A stretch of 47,699 nucleotides of DNA from a virus (IMGVR_UViG_3300005512_000060:1-47699); one strand, 5' to 3'. Positions 1-10,000 are shown, numbered from the stretch's first letter. Numbers and translations: made by a program. Notes: a model not told the origin generated them from the letters alone.

Positions 1-13
1 GCTAGGGCGAGAG

Positions 14-361
14 ATGACGGATGAAGAGCGAACGAGGCAACGGCTATCATGGCTTGAGGGCGGCATGGAAAAGCTGCCAGATCCGCAGATATTGAGTTAC
101 AGGCGATGGACGTATCAGACGCGCACAGGTGAAACGCGATCGGCTATGTCAATCCGTTGGGCGCGGTGCAAGGCGTATTGGTATGGATACACTGCGGTTT
201 ATCTATCGTATGAAGACAACCGGCACTACCCGATAGAGCCATATACGACAGTGAGAGGCACATCCGTTGTTATTGATCCGCTGCCTGCCGGGGTTGAGGT
301 CTATTTCAAGTTGCGACACTTTCCAGCGACAACGATGTCGCCACAAGGGAGACGAAAATGA
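14..361 (+). CDS. hypothetical tail-region protein
   Basis: 115-aa ORF; stop overlaps the next start (ATGA). Confidence 0.5.
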   Translation: MTDEERTRQRLSWLEGGMEKLPDPQILSYRRWTYQTRTGETRSAMSIRWARCKAYWYGYTAVYLSYEDNRHYPIEPYTTVRGTSVVIDPLPAGVEVYFKLRHFPATTMSPQGRRK

Positions 362-753
362 GCTTTGATAAGAGTAAAGAGATAATTATGACCATCGGAA
401 CCCTTGCGGCGCAATCGACAGTGCCCGCAAGTCCAGGCGGAACCGAATGCACGGATATTGACCTAGATGTATCTAGCTCCTTTGCGTTGACAGTCGAGGG
501 GACATTTACAACCGGGGGGACGGTGACATCGCACATACGCACATCGCCGACAGGCGGGACAGATCCAGATGTGTGGGACACCCAAGACTATACATCGTTC
601 GACTTGATTGCGTCGGCGGGAAGCAGGGAGCAGATTACGAAGGGCATTTGGTGTGACCCGCTGTATGCGTGCGTAATGGTTGTAAACGATGGGACAGAAG
701 CCGTGAATAACGTAGTAGTTACCAGAACGACACAGGATATGGAGGCGGTGTGA
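358..753 (+). CDS. putative virion protein, paralog of 37948..38340
   Basis: Shares GTEC..DL..FALTVE..TSPTG..VWDT..AGSR.Q.T..DP with the ORF at 37948. Confidence 0.6.
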   Translation: MSFDKSKEIIMTIGTLAAQSTVPASPGGTECTDIDLDVSSSFALTVEGTFTTGGTVTSHIRTSPTGGTDPDVWDTQDYTSFDLIASAGSREQITKGIWCDPLYACVMVVNDGTEAVNNVVVTRTTQDMEAV

Positions 754-754
754 T

Positions 755-3700
755 ATGGCTGATATGCCAGCGATTAGATTGCCGAATATCGCAGATATAT
801 CCACCGATCTGACGCCTCAACTTGGCGGGGATCTTGACCTTAACGGGCACAACATTGAATTCCCGACAACCGCGAATATCTCGGACTGTCTTGATGAAGA
901 TAACATGGTGTCTGATTCCGCGACGAAGCTGGCAACGCAGCAGTCGATCAAGGCCTACGTTGATGCACACACACCGTTAACCCATCACGATTCTCACGAT
1001 CCAGAAGATGGCTCAGATGCCTTAGATTGTGCCGCGGCTGCCGAGATATCGGTGGTTGTTGCAGCTTCAGAGGGATCGGCGCATAGCTTTGCGCGATCAG
1101 ATCATGTGCATGCTATCAACCACGGGATTACTGATAACCATATTCTTACCGTAGATGGCACGATCAACAGCGGAGAGTATCTAAAGGCAACCGCGAATGG
1201 GGCAGAGGGCAAAACATTTGCCGAAGTGCTCGGAGACCTATCGGGACAGGCAACCGCAGACTTCGCGATGAATTCGCACAAGATTACCGGCGTAACTGAT
1301 CCGACAGCCGCGCAAGATGCCGCAACGAAAGCATATGTCGATGCCGTGGCCCAAGGGCTGAAGGTTCACGATGCTGTGGCATGTGCGACAACTGCAAATA
1401 TCACGTTGTCTGGAGAACAGACGCTAGACGGGGTTACCACATCGACAGACCGTGTTTTGGTACGAGCCCAAACGAATACCGAAGAGAACGGCATTTATGT
1501 CTCTGCTGCGGGAGCATGGGCGAGATCTGATGATATGAATGCGGCGACTGAAGTTGCTGGTTCATTTGTGTTTGTCTCTGGGGGTACTGCATACGGCTCG
1601 ACAGGCTGGGTATGTACTGCCGAACCAGATGGATTCACACTTGGAACCACAGCGATGCCGTGGTCTCAGTTCTCTAGCGCTGGATACGTTACTGCGGGAA
1701 CAGGGCTTACAAAGACCGGCAATGACATCGCAATAAGTGATACCGAGCTGCTTGCGCTGGCAGGCCTGACATTCGCAGATCAGAAGATGATTGTCGGGAA
1801 CGGTGCAAACACTGTCACAATGATTGATTGTACAACATTTGCTCAATCCATTCTGGATGATGCAGACGAGGCGACGTTCAAAGCGACGGTGAACCTGGAG
1901 ATCGGCACAGACGTCCAGGCGTTTCATGCAAATCTAACTGACATTGCAAACCTTACGTTTGCAGATGACAAGATGATTATCGGGACGGGCGCTGGAACGA
2001 TTGACATGATTGATTGTACGGCCTTCGCGCAAACCATTCTTGATGATGCGGATGCGGCGGCGGTTCAGACCACATTAGGACTTGTTATTGGCACAAACGT
2101 CCAGGCGTATGATGCTGAACTAGCCGCACTCGCTGGCCTGACCTTTGCTGACGATAAGATTATCTTGGGAACAGGTGCGGGCACGGTTGCAATGGCCGAT
2201 TGCACAGCATTTGCACAGACCATCTTAGATGATGCAGACGCAGCGGCAGTGCGCGGGACCATCGAGATAGATACTGATGATGCCGTGCAATTTGCTGGCC
2301 TTACAGTTACAACGATTCAAGCAAACGGCGCGGTTACAGTTGGTGTTGATGATACGGGCCACGATGTTAAGTTCTTCGGAGCAACCGCAGGCGCATACTT
2401 TCTCTTCGATGAGAGCGAAGATGCTGTTGTCCTTCAGGGTGGAGCCACAAAGCAGATGGAGCTCCGCTTCATGGAAGACACCGATAATGGGGCGCACTAC
2501 ACGGCATTTAAGGCTCACGCAACGATGGCTGCTGCGGTTACGTACATTTTACCAGATGCAGATTCTTCAGGCACGCAGTATCTGACATCGGACGGATCAG
2601 GGAATCTGGCGTGGAGCAGTCCGGCGGGCTCTGGAGATGTAACAGCGGCCGCGAATATCACAGACAACGCAATCGTTCGTGGTGATGGTGGGGCAAAGGG
2701 CGTTCAGGATGCCGGTGTTTTAATTGACGACAATGATGTGATGTCGGCGCTGAAAGGAATTGCCTATTCTGCGTTTTCTGAATTAACAATTGCAACTGGC
2801 GCAATCACTGTCACACAGATGTATCACACTGTTGACACAGAGTCAGATGCAGCAAGCGACGATCTTGCAACAATCAATGGCGGGGCAACGGTTAATCTAA
2901 TTGTGCTTCGCGCTGCTGCTGATGCAAGAACTGTTGTTGTAAAACACAACACAGGCAACATCTGGCTACAAGGCAAAGCAGACATCAGCCTAGATGACCT
3001 TGAAGACGGCATCATGCTGGCTTGGGACGGGACAAAGTGGTTTGATATTGCGGCTGGCGGCGGAGGTGGCGGCGCTGGATCTGATACAACAGCCATCCAC
3101 GACAACGTAGCAGACGAGATTGTTGTGATCACTGAGAAGACTGCGCCGGTTGGTGCCGATGAAGTATTGATAGAGGACTCTGAGGATTCCAACAACAAGA
3201 AAAGCGCAAAGATTGAAAACTTTCCGGTTGCAGATATGGAGAAGTCATCGCGGACTATCTATGTTGATGCGGACGCTGCGGATGACACGGGCGACGGCAC
3301 TGTTGGCGATCCTTTCCAACTATACGCCACAGCACTTGCAGATGTTAAAAACATCATTGCAGACGGCGTAACAATCACAATCCACCTAGATGAAGCAACG
3401 AATACATATACTCCTGTGGATACAGGGCGAATTTGTATAGGTACAGGGTGCCTTACCATCGAGGGGGTTCTGTCCAGCGAAACTTCCGGCACCGCAGACG
3501 CTGGCGGGTCGAATACTACGCTGGTAGATTCCGCGCTAGACAGCACAGATTACTCCCTGTATATGTTGAAAATAACTGACAACAGCATTGATTACTATCG
3601 CCCGATATGGAAATTTGACGATGGCACAGACACACTAACGTGGGCAAGCAGGATTACACTAAGCGGAGCAACGCCCGAAGGGGACTCATATACGATTTAC

Positions 3701-4315
3701 AGTTGGGGCACGAAAATGGCGCCAGGAACAACATGGAACTTCGTAGAAGGCAATATCAATGTAGTAGATATATCTCAATTGCCAACAGATAGCGGATGGA
3801 ACCCGGGCGGCCAAATGACAATGACACGATGCAAGATTGTTTCTGATGCGACAGGAGCACAACCATTGTATATGACCCACAGCAATTCATATCTTGAGGT
3901 AACATCCTGTATATTTGACGTATCGGCTGAAACTTCGGCATCAGGCTTCAAGGTTGAAGGAACTGGAATTGATATTGATTTGTATAGCAGCATTGTTACA
4001 GGGGCAGTTGGTACGACGCTTCTATATATCAAGGGGCTAATCACGATTGATATTAGTGCAGGGACAGTAGTGGACGGAACATCCCTTGCAGGCTCATCAT
4101 GGTCAATCCTGGCAGATTATGGAACGCGAATGCTGCTGAAAACATCGGACGTAGACGGGGCTAGAGACAAATTACAGATTGTGCATGTAAATACCGGCTA
4201 TGGCGTATATGCCACTGCTGGCAGTGGTGCCAAGTCTGTTTCATCAACCTATATAGATTTTAGCGGTGCTGGCACAGATAGCGATGCGACATCTGATTCA
4301 TTCATTTTATCATAG
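755..4315 (+). CDS. long tail fibre protein
   Basis: 1186 aa, rich in A/G/T/D. Fibre motifs PQLGGDLDLNG, DPTAAQDAATKAYVD and ANITLSGEQTLDGV; three ~62-aa internal repeats; GGAGG RBS. Confidence 0.8.
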   Translation: MADMPAIRLPNIADISTDLTPQLGGDLDLNGHNIEFPTTANISDCLDEDNMVSDSATKLATQQSIKAYVDAHTPLTHHDSHDPEDGSDALDCAAAAEISVVVAASEGSAHSFARSDHVHAINHGITDNHILTVDGTINSGEYLKATANGAEGKTFAEVLGDLSGQATADFAMNSHKITGVTDPTAAQDAATKAYVDAVAQGLKVHDAVACATTANITLSGEQTLDGVTTSTDRVLVRAQTNTEENGIYVSAAGAWARSDDMNAATEVAGSFVFVSGGTAYGSTGWVCTAEPDGFTLGTTAMPWSQFSSAGYVTAGTGLTKTGNDIAISDTELLALAGLTFADQKMIVGNGANTVTMIDCTTFAQSILDDADEATFKATVNLEIGTDVQAFHANLTDIANLTFADDKMIIGTGAGTIDMIDCTAFAQTILDDADAAAVQTTLGLVIGTNVQAYDAELAALAGLTFADDKIILGTGAGTVAMADCTAFAQTILDDADAAAVRGTIEIDTDDAVQFAGLTVTTIQANGAVTVGVDDTGHDVKFFGATAGAYFLFDESEDAVVLQGGATKQMELRFMEDTDNGAHYTAFKAHATMAAAVTYILPDADSSGTQYLTSDGSGNLAWSSPAGSGDVTAAANITDNAIVRGDGGAKGVQDAGVLIDDNDVMSALKGIAYSAFSELTIATGAITVTQMYHTVDTESDAASDDLATINGGATVNLIVLRAAADARTVVVKHNTGNIWLQGKADISLDDLEDGIMLAWDGTKWFDIAAGGGGGGAGSDTTAIHDNVADEIVVITEKTAPVGADEVLIEDSEDSNNKKSAKIENFPVADMEKSSRTIYVDADAADDTGDGTVGDPFQLYATALADVKNIIADGVTITIHLDEATNTYTPVDTGRICIGTGCLTIEGVLSSETSGTADAGGSNTTLVDSALDSTDYSLYMLKITDNSIDYYRPIWKFDDGTDTLTWASRITLSGATPEGDSYTIYSWGTKMAPGTTWNFVEGNINVVDISQLPTDSGWNPGGQMTMTRCKIVSDATGAQPLYMTHSNSYLEVTSCIFDVSAETSASGFKVEGTGIDIDLYSSIVTGAVGTTLLYIKGLITIDISAGTVVDGTSLAGSSWSILADYGTRMLLKTSDVDGARDKLQIVHVNTGYGVYATAGSGAKSVSSTYIDFSGAGTDSDATSDSFILS
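1740..2260 (+). repeat. three diverged ~186-nt coding repeats in the tail fibre
   Basis: LTFADxKxIxGxGAxTxxMxDCTxFAQxILDDAD occurs three times with synonymous divergence. Confidence 0.8.
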
Positions 4316-4323
4316 GAGGTTCA

Positions 4324-4779
4324 ATGTTACTTGTTATATTCGATGCGACGACAGGCGATATTAGCAACGTCGTTAGGGGTGGCATTGCTATTGGCAATTT
4401 CTGTCATGATGGCAATGTATTGCGTCCGATAGCCTCTGGATTATCCTGTGCTTATGTGCCAGATCAGAATATAGACCATATAATCAATGACGAATGCGAT
4501 CCTATCTCCTATGACGGCAAATACCCAGATTCCTTTGCATATCTTCCGACACAAGATGAAATTAGTATCTATGTTGACGCAAATACTGGCAACGCTGTTT
4601 CAGCACGCGTACATGATTTCTGCGGTACCGACGAACAACTAGGCATCTTGCGCGATCTGCTAGTTCAATGGGGCAACGCTCTAGGACTTCAATTTACAGA
4701 CGACTTCACGCGCTGGAACGAAATCGCCATTACAGAGATCGAGAAAGCCAAGGCGGTGAAAGATGCCCAAGACAACTAG
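4324..4779 (+). CDS. hypothetical protein, possible fibre-assembly factor
   Basis: AGGAGG RBS; directly follows the fibre gene. Confidence 0.55.
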   Translation: MLLVIFDATTGDISNVVRGGIAIGNFCHDGNVLRPIASGLSCAYVPDQNIDHIINDECDPISYDGKYPDSFAYLPTQDEISIYVDANTGNAVSARVHDFCGTDEQLGILRDLLVQWGNALGLQFTDDFTRWNEIAITEIEKAKAVKDAQDN

Positions 4780-4915
4780 GATCGACACAGTCAAGGCAGA
4801 CAAGCGCAAGGCAGCTATCGAGGCGCTTAAAGCACGCGGTCCTGCGTCCAACGAGAACAGCGTGAAAAAGCTACAAGAGTGCATCGCATTGATAAAGGAG
4901 ATACTAGGGCTGTGA
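4763..4915 (+). CDS. small basic protein (50 aa; not in ORF track)
   Basis: MPKTTRIDTVKADKRKAAIEALK...KEILGL*; fills the gap and overlaps both neighbours. Confidence 0.5.
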   Translation: MPKTTRIDTVKADKRKAAIEALKARGPASNENSVKKLQECIALIKEILGL

Positions 4916-7290
4916 GTTATTCAACGCTAAGAGGGGTTAAGAATCTTGATGCGCTGAACGCGCTACCTAGCCAATGGGCGAGCAACTTCAGCGAAGAGAT
5001 ACACGTCACCGCTGCGATTGATACCGTAGCCCCCTTGACGCCATCCTCATTTGCTGTGAATGGCGTAGCTGAAGGCATCACCTTAACGTGGGAAAATCCG
5101 ACACTGGATGACGATGGGACAAACTGCTATGACCTGTCAGACATCGCCATTTACCGATCAACCTCTGCGAGCATCGACATCACCAACGACGCCACCTATG
5201 ACAAGCGAACGCTAGTAGACGGCGAGGCGTATACGTTCCCAACAAGCGACACGACGCAAACCTACTATTTCGTCATCACTGCAATTGACACGAGCGGCAA
5301 CGAATCGACGGCAAGCGCAGAATTGAGCGACACGTCGAACAAGCCAATCGGCCCCGATCCAGTGATTCCAGATGACGCAAGCGGACTGATCTTTGACGAT
5401 ACCGTGGGCGGCGATGGCGTGGTCGAGGGTTACGCGATGATGGGTATCGCATTTCAGCCACCACCATCGAGTGTAGTAGGCCTGAGATCTATCCGGTTGT
5501 GGTATCAGTACACAGATGATGCAGGGTCGAACTGGCGCGATGAGGACGGCGTAGCCGATCAATGGACAGAACTATATCCAGACGGCTATGTCGGATTCCT
5601 GCACAAAGACACGCTGCTGCAAACAAACATCGGGACAAGGGCATATCGTTACAAGGCCACGTTCATCGGCGAGGACGATACCACAGAGAGTTCCACGGCA
5701 GACACAGCGGGGGGGACAACAACCGTATGTGTGGAGAATAATGACAACGTAGTTGCTGTATCAATCTTTGCATCGCGGATTGTCTGTCTCGGAGAAGTGA
5801 CGGCGGATAGCATCAAGGCAAGCACGATCACAGCAGACAAGCTATCGTTTACCGCCTACGTTATCGGCACGAACGATTTGGATGATATTGTTGATGGCAC
5901 GACATACAGCAAGGTTCTAACGACTGACATAGATGCTGGGCATATCAAGCTCTCGGAGTCGGTTGGCGATCTTGACGATATTGACGATGGGTCTACGTAT
6001 GGCAGGGTCGCCACAACGAGCATCTCGGCAGGCAAGATTGTGGTTGCAGGATTAGACAGCGATGCAACAACGCGAATGTTCACTGACGACACAACGAGGA
6101 TTAACGTCGAGGCATGGAAGCACGCATCTGATGCAACCGCGATTGACGGCGGGAACATCTATGCAACTTCGGTAATCACCGCAGGGACAGGCAATAATGT
6201 TGGTGTGCTAAACGGAACAGATGCTACGTACAGGATCTATGCAGGGCACGCGACACCGGCCAGTGCGCCGTTTAGGGTTACTCAGGCTGGGGTACTTTAT
6301 GCTACCGGGGCGGTGATCTCTGGCGCGATTACCATTACTGGGGGGTCTGGGTATGCGAACATTTCAGACAAGCCAACATCCTTGAGCGACATTAACGGGA
6401 CGGAAGGAACAAAGCTTTCTGGGATTGCAACCGGCGCAGATGTTACGGCGGACAATACAGCAGCGGCGATTACTGGGCAGGGCAATCTCGCAACGCGAAA
6501 CACGGTAAATGCAACGTACATCGATAACGATTCAATTACAACTGCAAAGATTGCTGCCAACGCTGTTACAGCAACTGAAATCAACGTTTCTACTCTATCT
6601 GCAATCTCTGCCAATATGGGCACAATAACAGCAGGGACAATTAGTGCCGGGACTTCAATTACAACTGCAAAGATTGCTGCCAACGCTGTTACAGCAACTG
6701 AAATCAACGTTTCTACTCTATCTGCAATCTCTGCCAATATGGGCACAATAACAGCAGGGACAATTAGTGCCGGGACGGTCAGTGCCACGACATTAACAAC
6801 GGGAACGCTGAACTTCGCGAGCATCAGCAGGTCAGGATTGTCAGTGGCGAATGGAGAGATAGCTGCAAATGCTGTTAGGTCAAATCAACTCTACATCGAC
6901 GGAGACATAAATTTTTCAGATAGCGGCATCAATGGGATCTATGGCATAGACGCTATTAGGAGGGGGTCTAGCATTACAGATGGATCAAAACCCAGCTTAG
7001 TGTTTGGCACAGCCTCATGTCAGCTTCATGCAGGAACAGGCGGAACGGCATATACAGAAGTGAAGGGCGTCGTTTCTGTTACTATCTCAGCGTCTGCTGG
7101 TGATGTGTCTCTTACAGCGACTGATGATATAATATTCGACGCAGCTGACGATATTAAGCTAGATGCGGCAGGGGAGATTGACTTTATTGGAACTGACCAG
7201 GGAAGTATAAGCTATTTGGATGGGCCTGACTATACAATACGCGTTAAACACAACGGTGTTGTAAGGCTATTGGGGCTTTGGGATGAATAG
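4912..7290 (+). CDS. minor tail/fibre protein with FN3-like N-terminal domain and S/T/A/I-rich repeats
   Basis: ITLTWENP...YYFVITAIDTSGNES (FN3-like); ITTAKIAANAVTA repeats. Likely GTG start at 4912 after AAGGAG (track start 4879). Confidence 0.75.
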   Translation: MSYSTLRGVKNLDALNALPSQWASNFSEEIHVTAAIDTVAPLTPSSFAVNGVAEGITLTWENPTLDDDGTNCYDLSDIAIYRSTSASIDITNDATYDKRTLVDGEAYTFPTSDTTQTYYFVITAIDTSGNESTASAELSDTSNKPIGPDPVIPDDASGLIFDDTVGGDGVVEGYAMMGIAFQPPPSSVVGLRSIRLWYQYTDDAGSNWRDEDGVADQWTELYPDGYVGFLHKDTLLQTNIGTRAYRYKATFIGEDDTTESSTADTAGGTTTVCVENNDNVVAVSIFASRIVCLGEVTADSIKASTITADKLSFTAYVIGTNDLDDIVDGTTYSKVLTTDIDAGHIKLSESVGDLDDIDDGSTYGRVATTSISAGKIVVAGLDSDATTRMFTDDTTRINVEAWKHASDATAIDGGNIYATSVITAGTGNNVGVLNGTDATYRIYAGHATPASAPFRVTQAGVLYATGAVISGAITITGGSGYANISDKPTSLSDINGTEGTKLSGIATGADVTADNTAAAITGQGNLATRNTVNATYIDNDSITTAKIAANAVTATEINVSTLSAISANMGTITAGTISAGTSITTAKIAANAVTATEINVSTLSAISANMGTITAGTISAGTVSATTLTTGTLNFASISRSGLSVANGEIAANAVRSNQLYIDGDINFSDSGINGIYGIDAIRRGSSITDGSKPSLVFGTASCQLHAGTGGTAYTEVKGVVSVTISASAGDVSLTATDDIIFDAADDIKLDAAGEIDFIGTDQGSISYLDGPDYTIRVKHNGVVRLLGLWDE
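6531..6776 (+). repeat. exact 123-bp tandem duplication (41 aa, in frame)
   Basis: 6531-6653 is identical to 6654-6776. Confidence 0.9.
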
Positions 7291-7296
7291 GGCAAC

Positions 7297-7824
7297 ATGA
7301 ACATACAGATGTCAATACTAAGTGTGTTTTCAGCGGCATTGCTCATCATGTTCTGCATTACCGGCAACGAGATCGTTCTCGACAGTCTATCAGCAGATAT
7401 ATATCTGTCTGCCCAATCTGTATCAATAGACATACATCCTGTATGGACTGTCTGGACATCTCAACAATTTGTATTTAATTGTGGAGCACATGCGTTTGCG
7501 TTTGGAAATGTGATAGTTATTGGCGAACATATGCGAAGGCGCACATATCTAGAGAAGTATGTAATAGCGCACGAGCGTATGCACATCGAACAATTCAGGG
7601 CGCTGGGGCTTCTTACATGGCCCGCACAGTTCCTAATCAACATCGAGCCAGACAGAAACATCGTAACAAATTTGAGCGATCCAACACAACCAGAACGAAC
7701 AATGTGGAAGCCGCCGACGTGGTGGCCGTATACTTGGTCGTTTATCACAATCAGATGGGAGGACAGAGGAGATATGGCAGAAGGATCATTTCGGCTTGAT
7801 TGCAGACGACAACAGTACTATTGA
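7297..7824 (+). CDS. putative secreted/membrane HExxH metallopeptidase-like protein
   Basis: Hydrophobic N-terminus; AFAFGNVI...HERMHIEQ motif. Confidence 0.55.
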   Translation: MNIQMSILSVFSAALLIMFCITGNEIVLDSLSADIYLSAQSVSIDIHPVWTVWTSQQFVFNCGAHAFAFGNVIVIGEHMRRRTYLEKYVIAHERMHIEQFRALGLLTWPAQFLINIEPDRNIVTNLSDPTQPERTMWKPPTWWPYTWSFITIRWEDRGDMAEGSFRLDCRRQQYY

Positions 7825-7960
7825 GCACTTGCCAGAAGTAATTAGTAGAGGAAAGGACGGAGAGCCGAAAGGGCTTTCACTTGTTGAACAAGTCGGCGTG
7901 TTGATGGGGGCGGTGCAAGAATTGGCTGCGAAAGTAGATGAACTGCAAGGTGTGGTATAA
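7781..7960 (+). pseudogene. remnant of a tail-fibre C-terminal intramolecular chaperone (peptidase S74-like) domain
   Basis: Frame reads KDHFGLIADDNSTIEHLPEVISRGKDGEPKGLSLVEQVGVLMGAVQELAAKVDELQGVV*; no in-frame start between the stop at 7673-7675 and the motif. Confidence 0.65.
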
Positions 7961-7961
7961 T
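7953..7961 (+). promoter_or_regulatory. extended -10 promoter (TGgTATAAT)
   Basis: Upstream of a GGGAGG RBS and ATG 7987. Confidence 0.55.
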
Positions 7962-7986
7962 GGATACATCTAAAGGGAGGATCGAC

Positions 7987-8355
7987 ATGAAGACGAAGTT
8001 AGGATTTGTCGCTTGTGCGTTGGCTCTATTGTTCTCAGTTTCAGTCATAGGGGGAAGCCTAACGGCCTTTGCTCAGCCAGACGAGCGCGTACCGTACTTT
8101 GGGTTAAGAGGCTTTCACGAGGCGATTTATCACGGCGTAGAGTTTGCCATCGATTGGGAGATCGGTAATTGGCTGATAGTCGAATCAGGGCCAGGGCCGG
8201 ATTTGCCATTCTACATCTTTCAGATTGAACCACGTGCGCAGATTATGATTTCAAGCGAATGGTGGTTTGGAGTATCTGTTTTCAATCAATACCGAACAAA
8301 TCATCCAGGGCACTACGTTTGTCAGCCTGAGTTTTTTATCAGGCACGAGTGGTAG
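7987..8355 (+). CDS. secreted protein, possible small outer-membrane beta-barrel
   Basis: Signal peptide MKTKLGFVACALALLFSVSV; alternating aromatic strands; C-terminal W. Confidence 0.55.
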   Translation: MKTKLGFVACALALLFSVSVIGGSLTAFAQPDERVPYFGLRGFHEAIYHGVEFAIDWEIGNWLIVESGPGPDLPFYIFQIEPRAQIMISSEWWFGVSVFNQYRTNHPGHYVCQPEFFIRHEW

Positions 8356-8363
8356 GAGGAAAC

Positions 8364-8819
8364 ATGAAGATACTAGCAGGCAACATCAAACAGGTAGCAG
8401 ACTCGCTTGGCGCAATCGTGAACGCGATCCCGTTGGAAATATCATCGGCGTACAAGTTGATGCGGATTGCAAAGAAGGTGGCGCTTGCGCAAGAGGCATT
8501 TGAAAAGCGCAGAGTGATTGCGTTGAACGAGCACGGCAAGAAGGATAAGGACGGCAACCTAATAACAGCAGATGGGAAGCCAAATGGGGCGGTTGTGTTT
8601 AAGGGTAAAGGGCAAGAGGAGTTTGCCAAGGCGTTCTCGATTTTGGTGAATGAGGACGTTGAGCTGGACTTCGATCCTATCCCGTTGGAACTACTAACGA
8701 AACGATCATCTGGCAACCCATATAAAGACAAGGACGGCGAGCCGGTGACGATTCTGCCGTCCATTCTGTTAGGTTTGGAACCAATACTTTTGGCGGAGGG
8801 CGACGAGGAAAATAGTTAG
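8364..8819 (+). CDS. hypothetical phage protein
   Basis: AGGAGG RBS before ATG 8364. Confidence 0.6.
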   Translation: MKILAGNIKQVADSLGAIVNAIPLEISSAYKLMRIAKKVALAQEAFEKRRVIALNEHGKKDKDGNLITADGKPNGAVVFKGKGQEEFAKAFSILVNEDVELDFDPIPLELLTKRSSGNPYKDKDGEPVTILPSILLGLEPILLAEGDEENS

Positions 8820-8828
8820 GGGACGATA

Positions 8829-9143
8829 ATGGCGGAAGTGACCGAGGAGCTATGTAAGGCGCGGACTGCGGCATTTGACACGAAATTGGATGCGATATCA
8901 CGTGACATCGAGGAAACTCGAAGGGGCGTTGGAACGCTGAACCGTAAGTTATTCGAGGGCAACGGAAGCGCGGCGCTAGATACAGTGATCAGAACGAACA
9001 CAGAGTTTCGGATCAGGCAGGAAAAGCGAGCAGAGGCGCAAGAGAAATTCAAGTGGACGCGCAATCTAGGGTGGATGATAGCCGGAGCAGGTTGGGCCGT
9101 AGCCGTTATCATCATGTTCGTGCAGCGGGCATTTGGATTGTGA
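8829..9143 (+). CDS. coiled-coil protein with C-terminal transmembrane helix (holin/lysis-associated type)
   Basis: C-terminal WMIAGAGWAVAVIIMFV; adjacent to the holin. Confidence 0.55.
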   Translation: MAEVTEELCKARTAAFDTKLDAISRDIEETRRGVGTLNRKLFEGNGSAALDTVIRTNTEFRIRQEKRAEAQEKFKWTRNLGWMIAGAGWAVAVIIMFVQRAFGL

Positions 9144-9209
9144 ATAGCTACATGATAGAATGCCAGATAGGGAGGTGTGGCATTATGTCACAAATCGGAG
9201 GTGAATCCC

Positions 9210-9395
9210 ATGATTAGCAAATTCAAGTCACGTAAATTCTGGCTATCTGTTATCACGGCTGTGTGCGCGTTCTTTCTAGCAGTATCAGGCGCGATTGAAT
9301 GGACTTTGGCTATCAAGATCATCACAACTGCGTTGGGTGCGTATATCGGCATTGAAGGGCTGGCAGACGCACTCGGACGCTTGGTAAATAAGTAG
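9210..9395 (+). CDS. putative holin
   Basis: KFKSRKFW motif, two TM helices, YIGIEGLAD; GGAGGTG RBS. Confidence 0.7.
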   Translation: MISKFKSRKFWLSVITAVCAFFLAVSGAIEWTLAIKIITTALGAYIGIEGLADALGRLVNK

Positions 9396-9404
9396 GAGGG
9401 CAAC

Positions 9405-9908
9405 ATGAAACGAGCACTAATATTTAGTTTGGCTGCGCTTATGGCGCTTTCGGTATCGGCATTCGGCTTCTTCGGCTTTGGCTACACGCACGGCATCCCT
9501 GACAACGACGGGAAGTTGTGGGCCGGATTCGAGTTTGGGCCGGATGAATCGACGTTCAACATTGACGTATACTTCGCGGACATCTGGACGCTAGATCAAA
9601 GTGTGCCAGTGACGCCAAACAAATCAGACATCTGCCTTGGCATTGACGCATTCTATGTTGGCGACACGGATCTCGTAGACGTTGAAGTCGGAACATACTT
9701 CGAGTCGATCCCGCTAACAGATTGGCCAGTGGTCGGCATTGGTGAAATTGGCTTTTACGGCGATATGACACTTCACGTATTGGAGCCTGACATTCTGACA
9801 GGCAATACGATCACTTGGGATCTGTTCGCATCGTTTGGGCTTGGTGTCGATGTCGGCACGGGAACGCTTGACCTGGATGCAGAGATCGGGTTTGAAGTAG
9901 AGCTATAA
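9405..9908 (+). CDS. secreted acidic protein, possible outer-membrane beta-barrel
   Basis: Signal peptide MKRALIFSLAALMALSVSA; amphipathic strands; ends AEIGFEVEL; AGGAGG RBS. Confidence 0.6.
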   Translation: MKRALIFSLAALMALSVSAFGFFGFGYTHGIPDNDGKLWAGFEFGPDESTFNIDVYFADIWTLDQSVPVTPNKSDICLGIDAFYVGDTDLVDVEVGTYFESIPLTDWPVVGIGEIGFYGDMTLHVLEPDILTGNTITWDLFASFGLGVDVGTGTLDLDAEIGFEVEL

Positions 9909-9940
9909 ACGGGGATCCGCACAGGCTAACCTCCTTAACC

Positions 9941-9996
9941 CAGGCGGGGGTGGAGTACGAGCTGCCCCCGCCCTGCCTAACCTCGTACTGGGGAGG
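9941..9996 (+). promoter_or_regulatory. predicted H-type pseudoknot abutting an RBS
   Basis: Stem 9943-9953/9962-9972; loop AGTACGAG (9954-9961) is complementary to CTCGTACT (9982-9989). Confidence 0.55.
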
Positions 9997-10000
9997 AATC

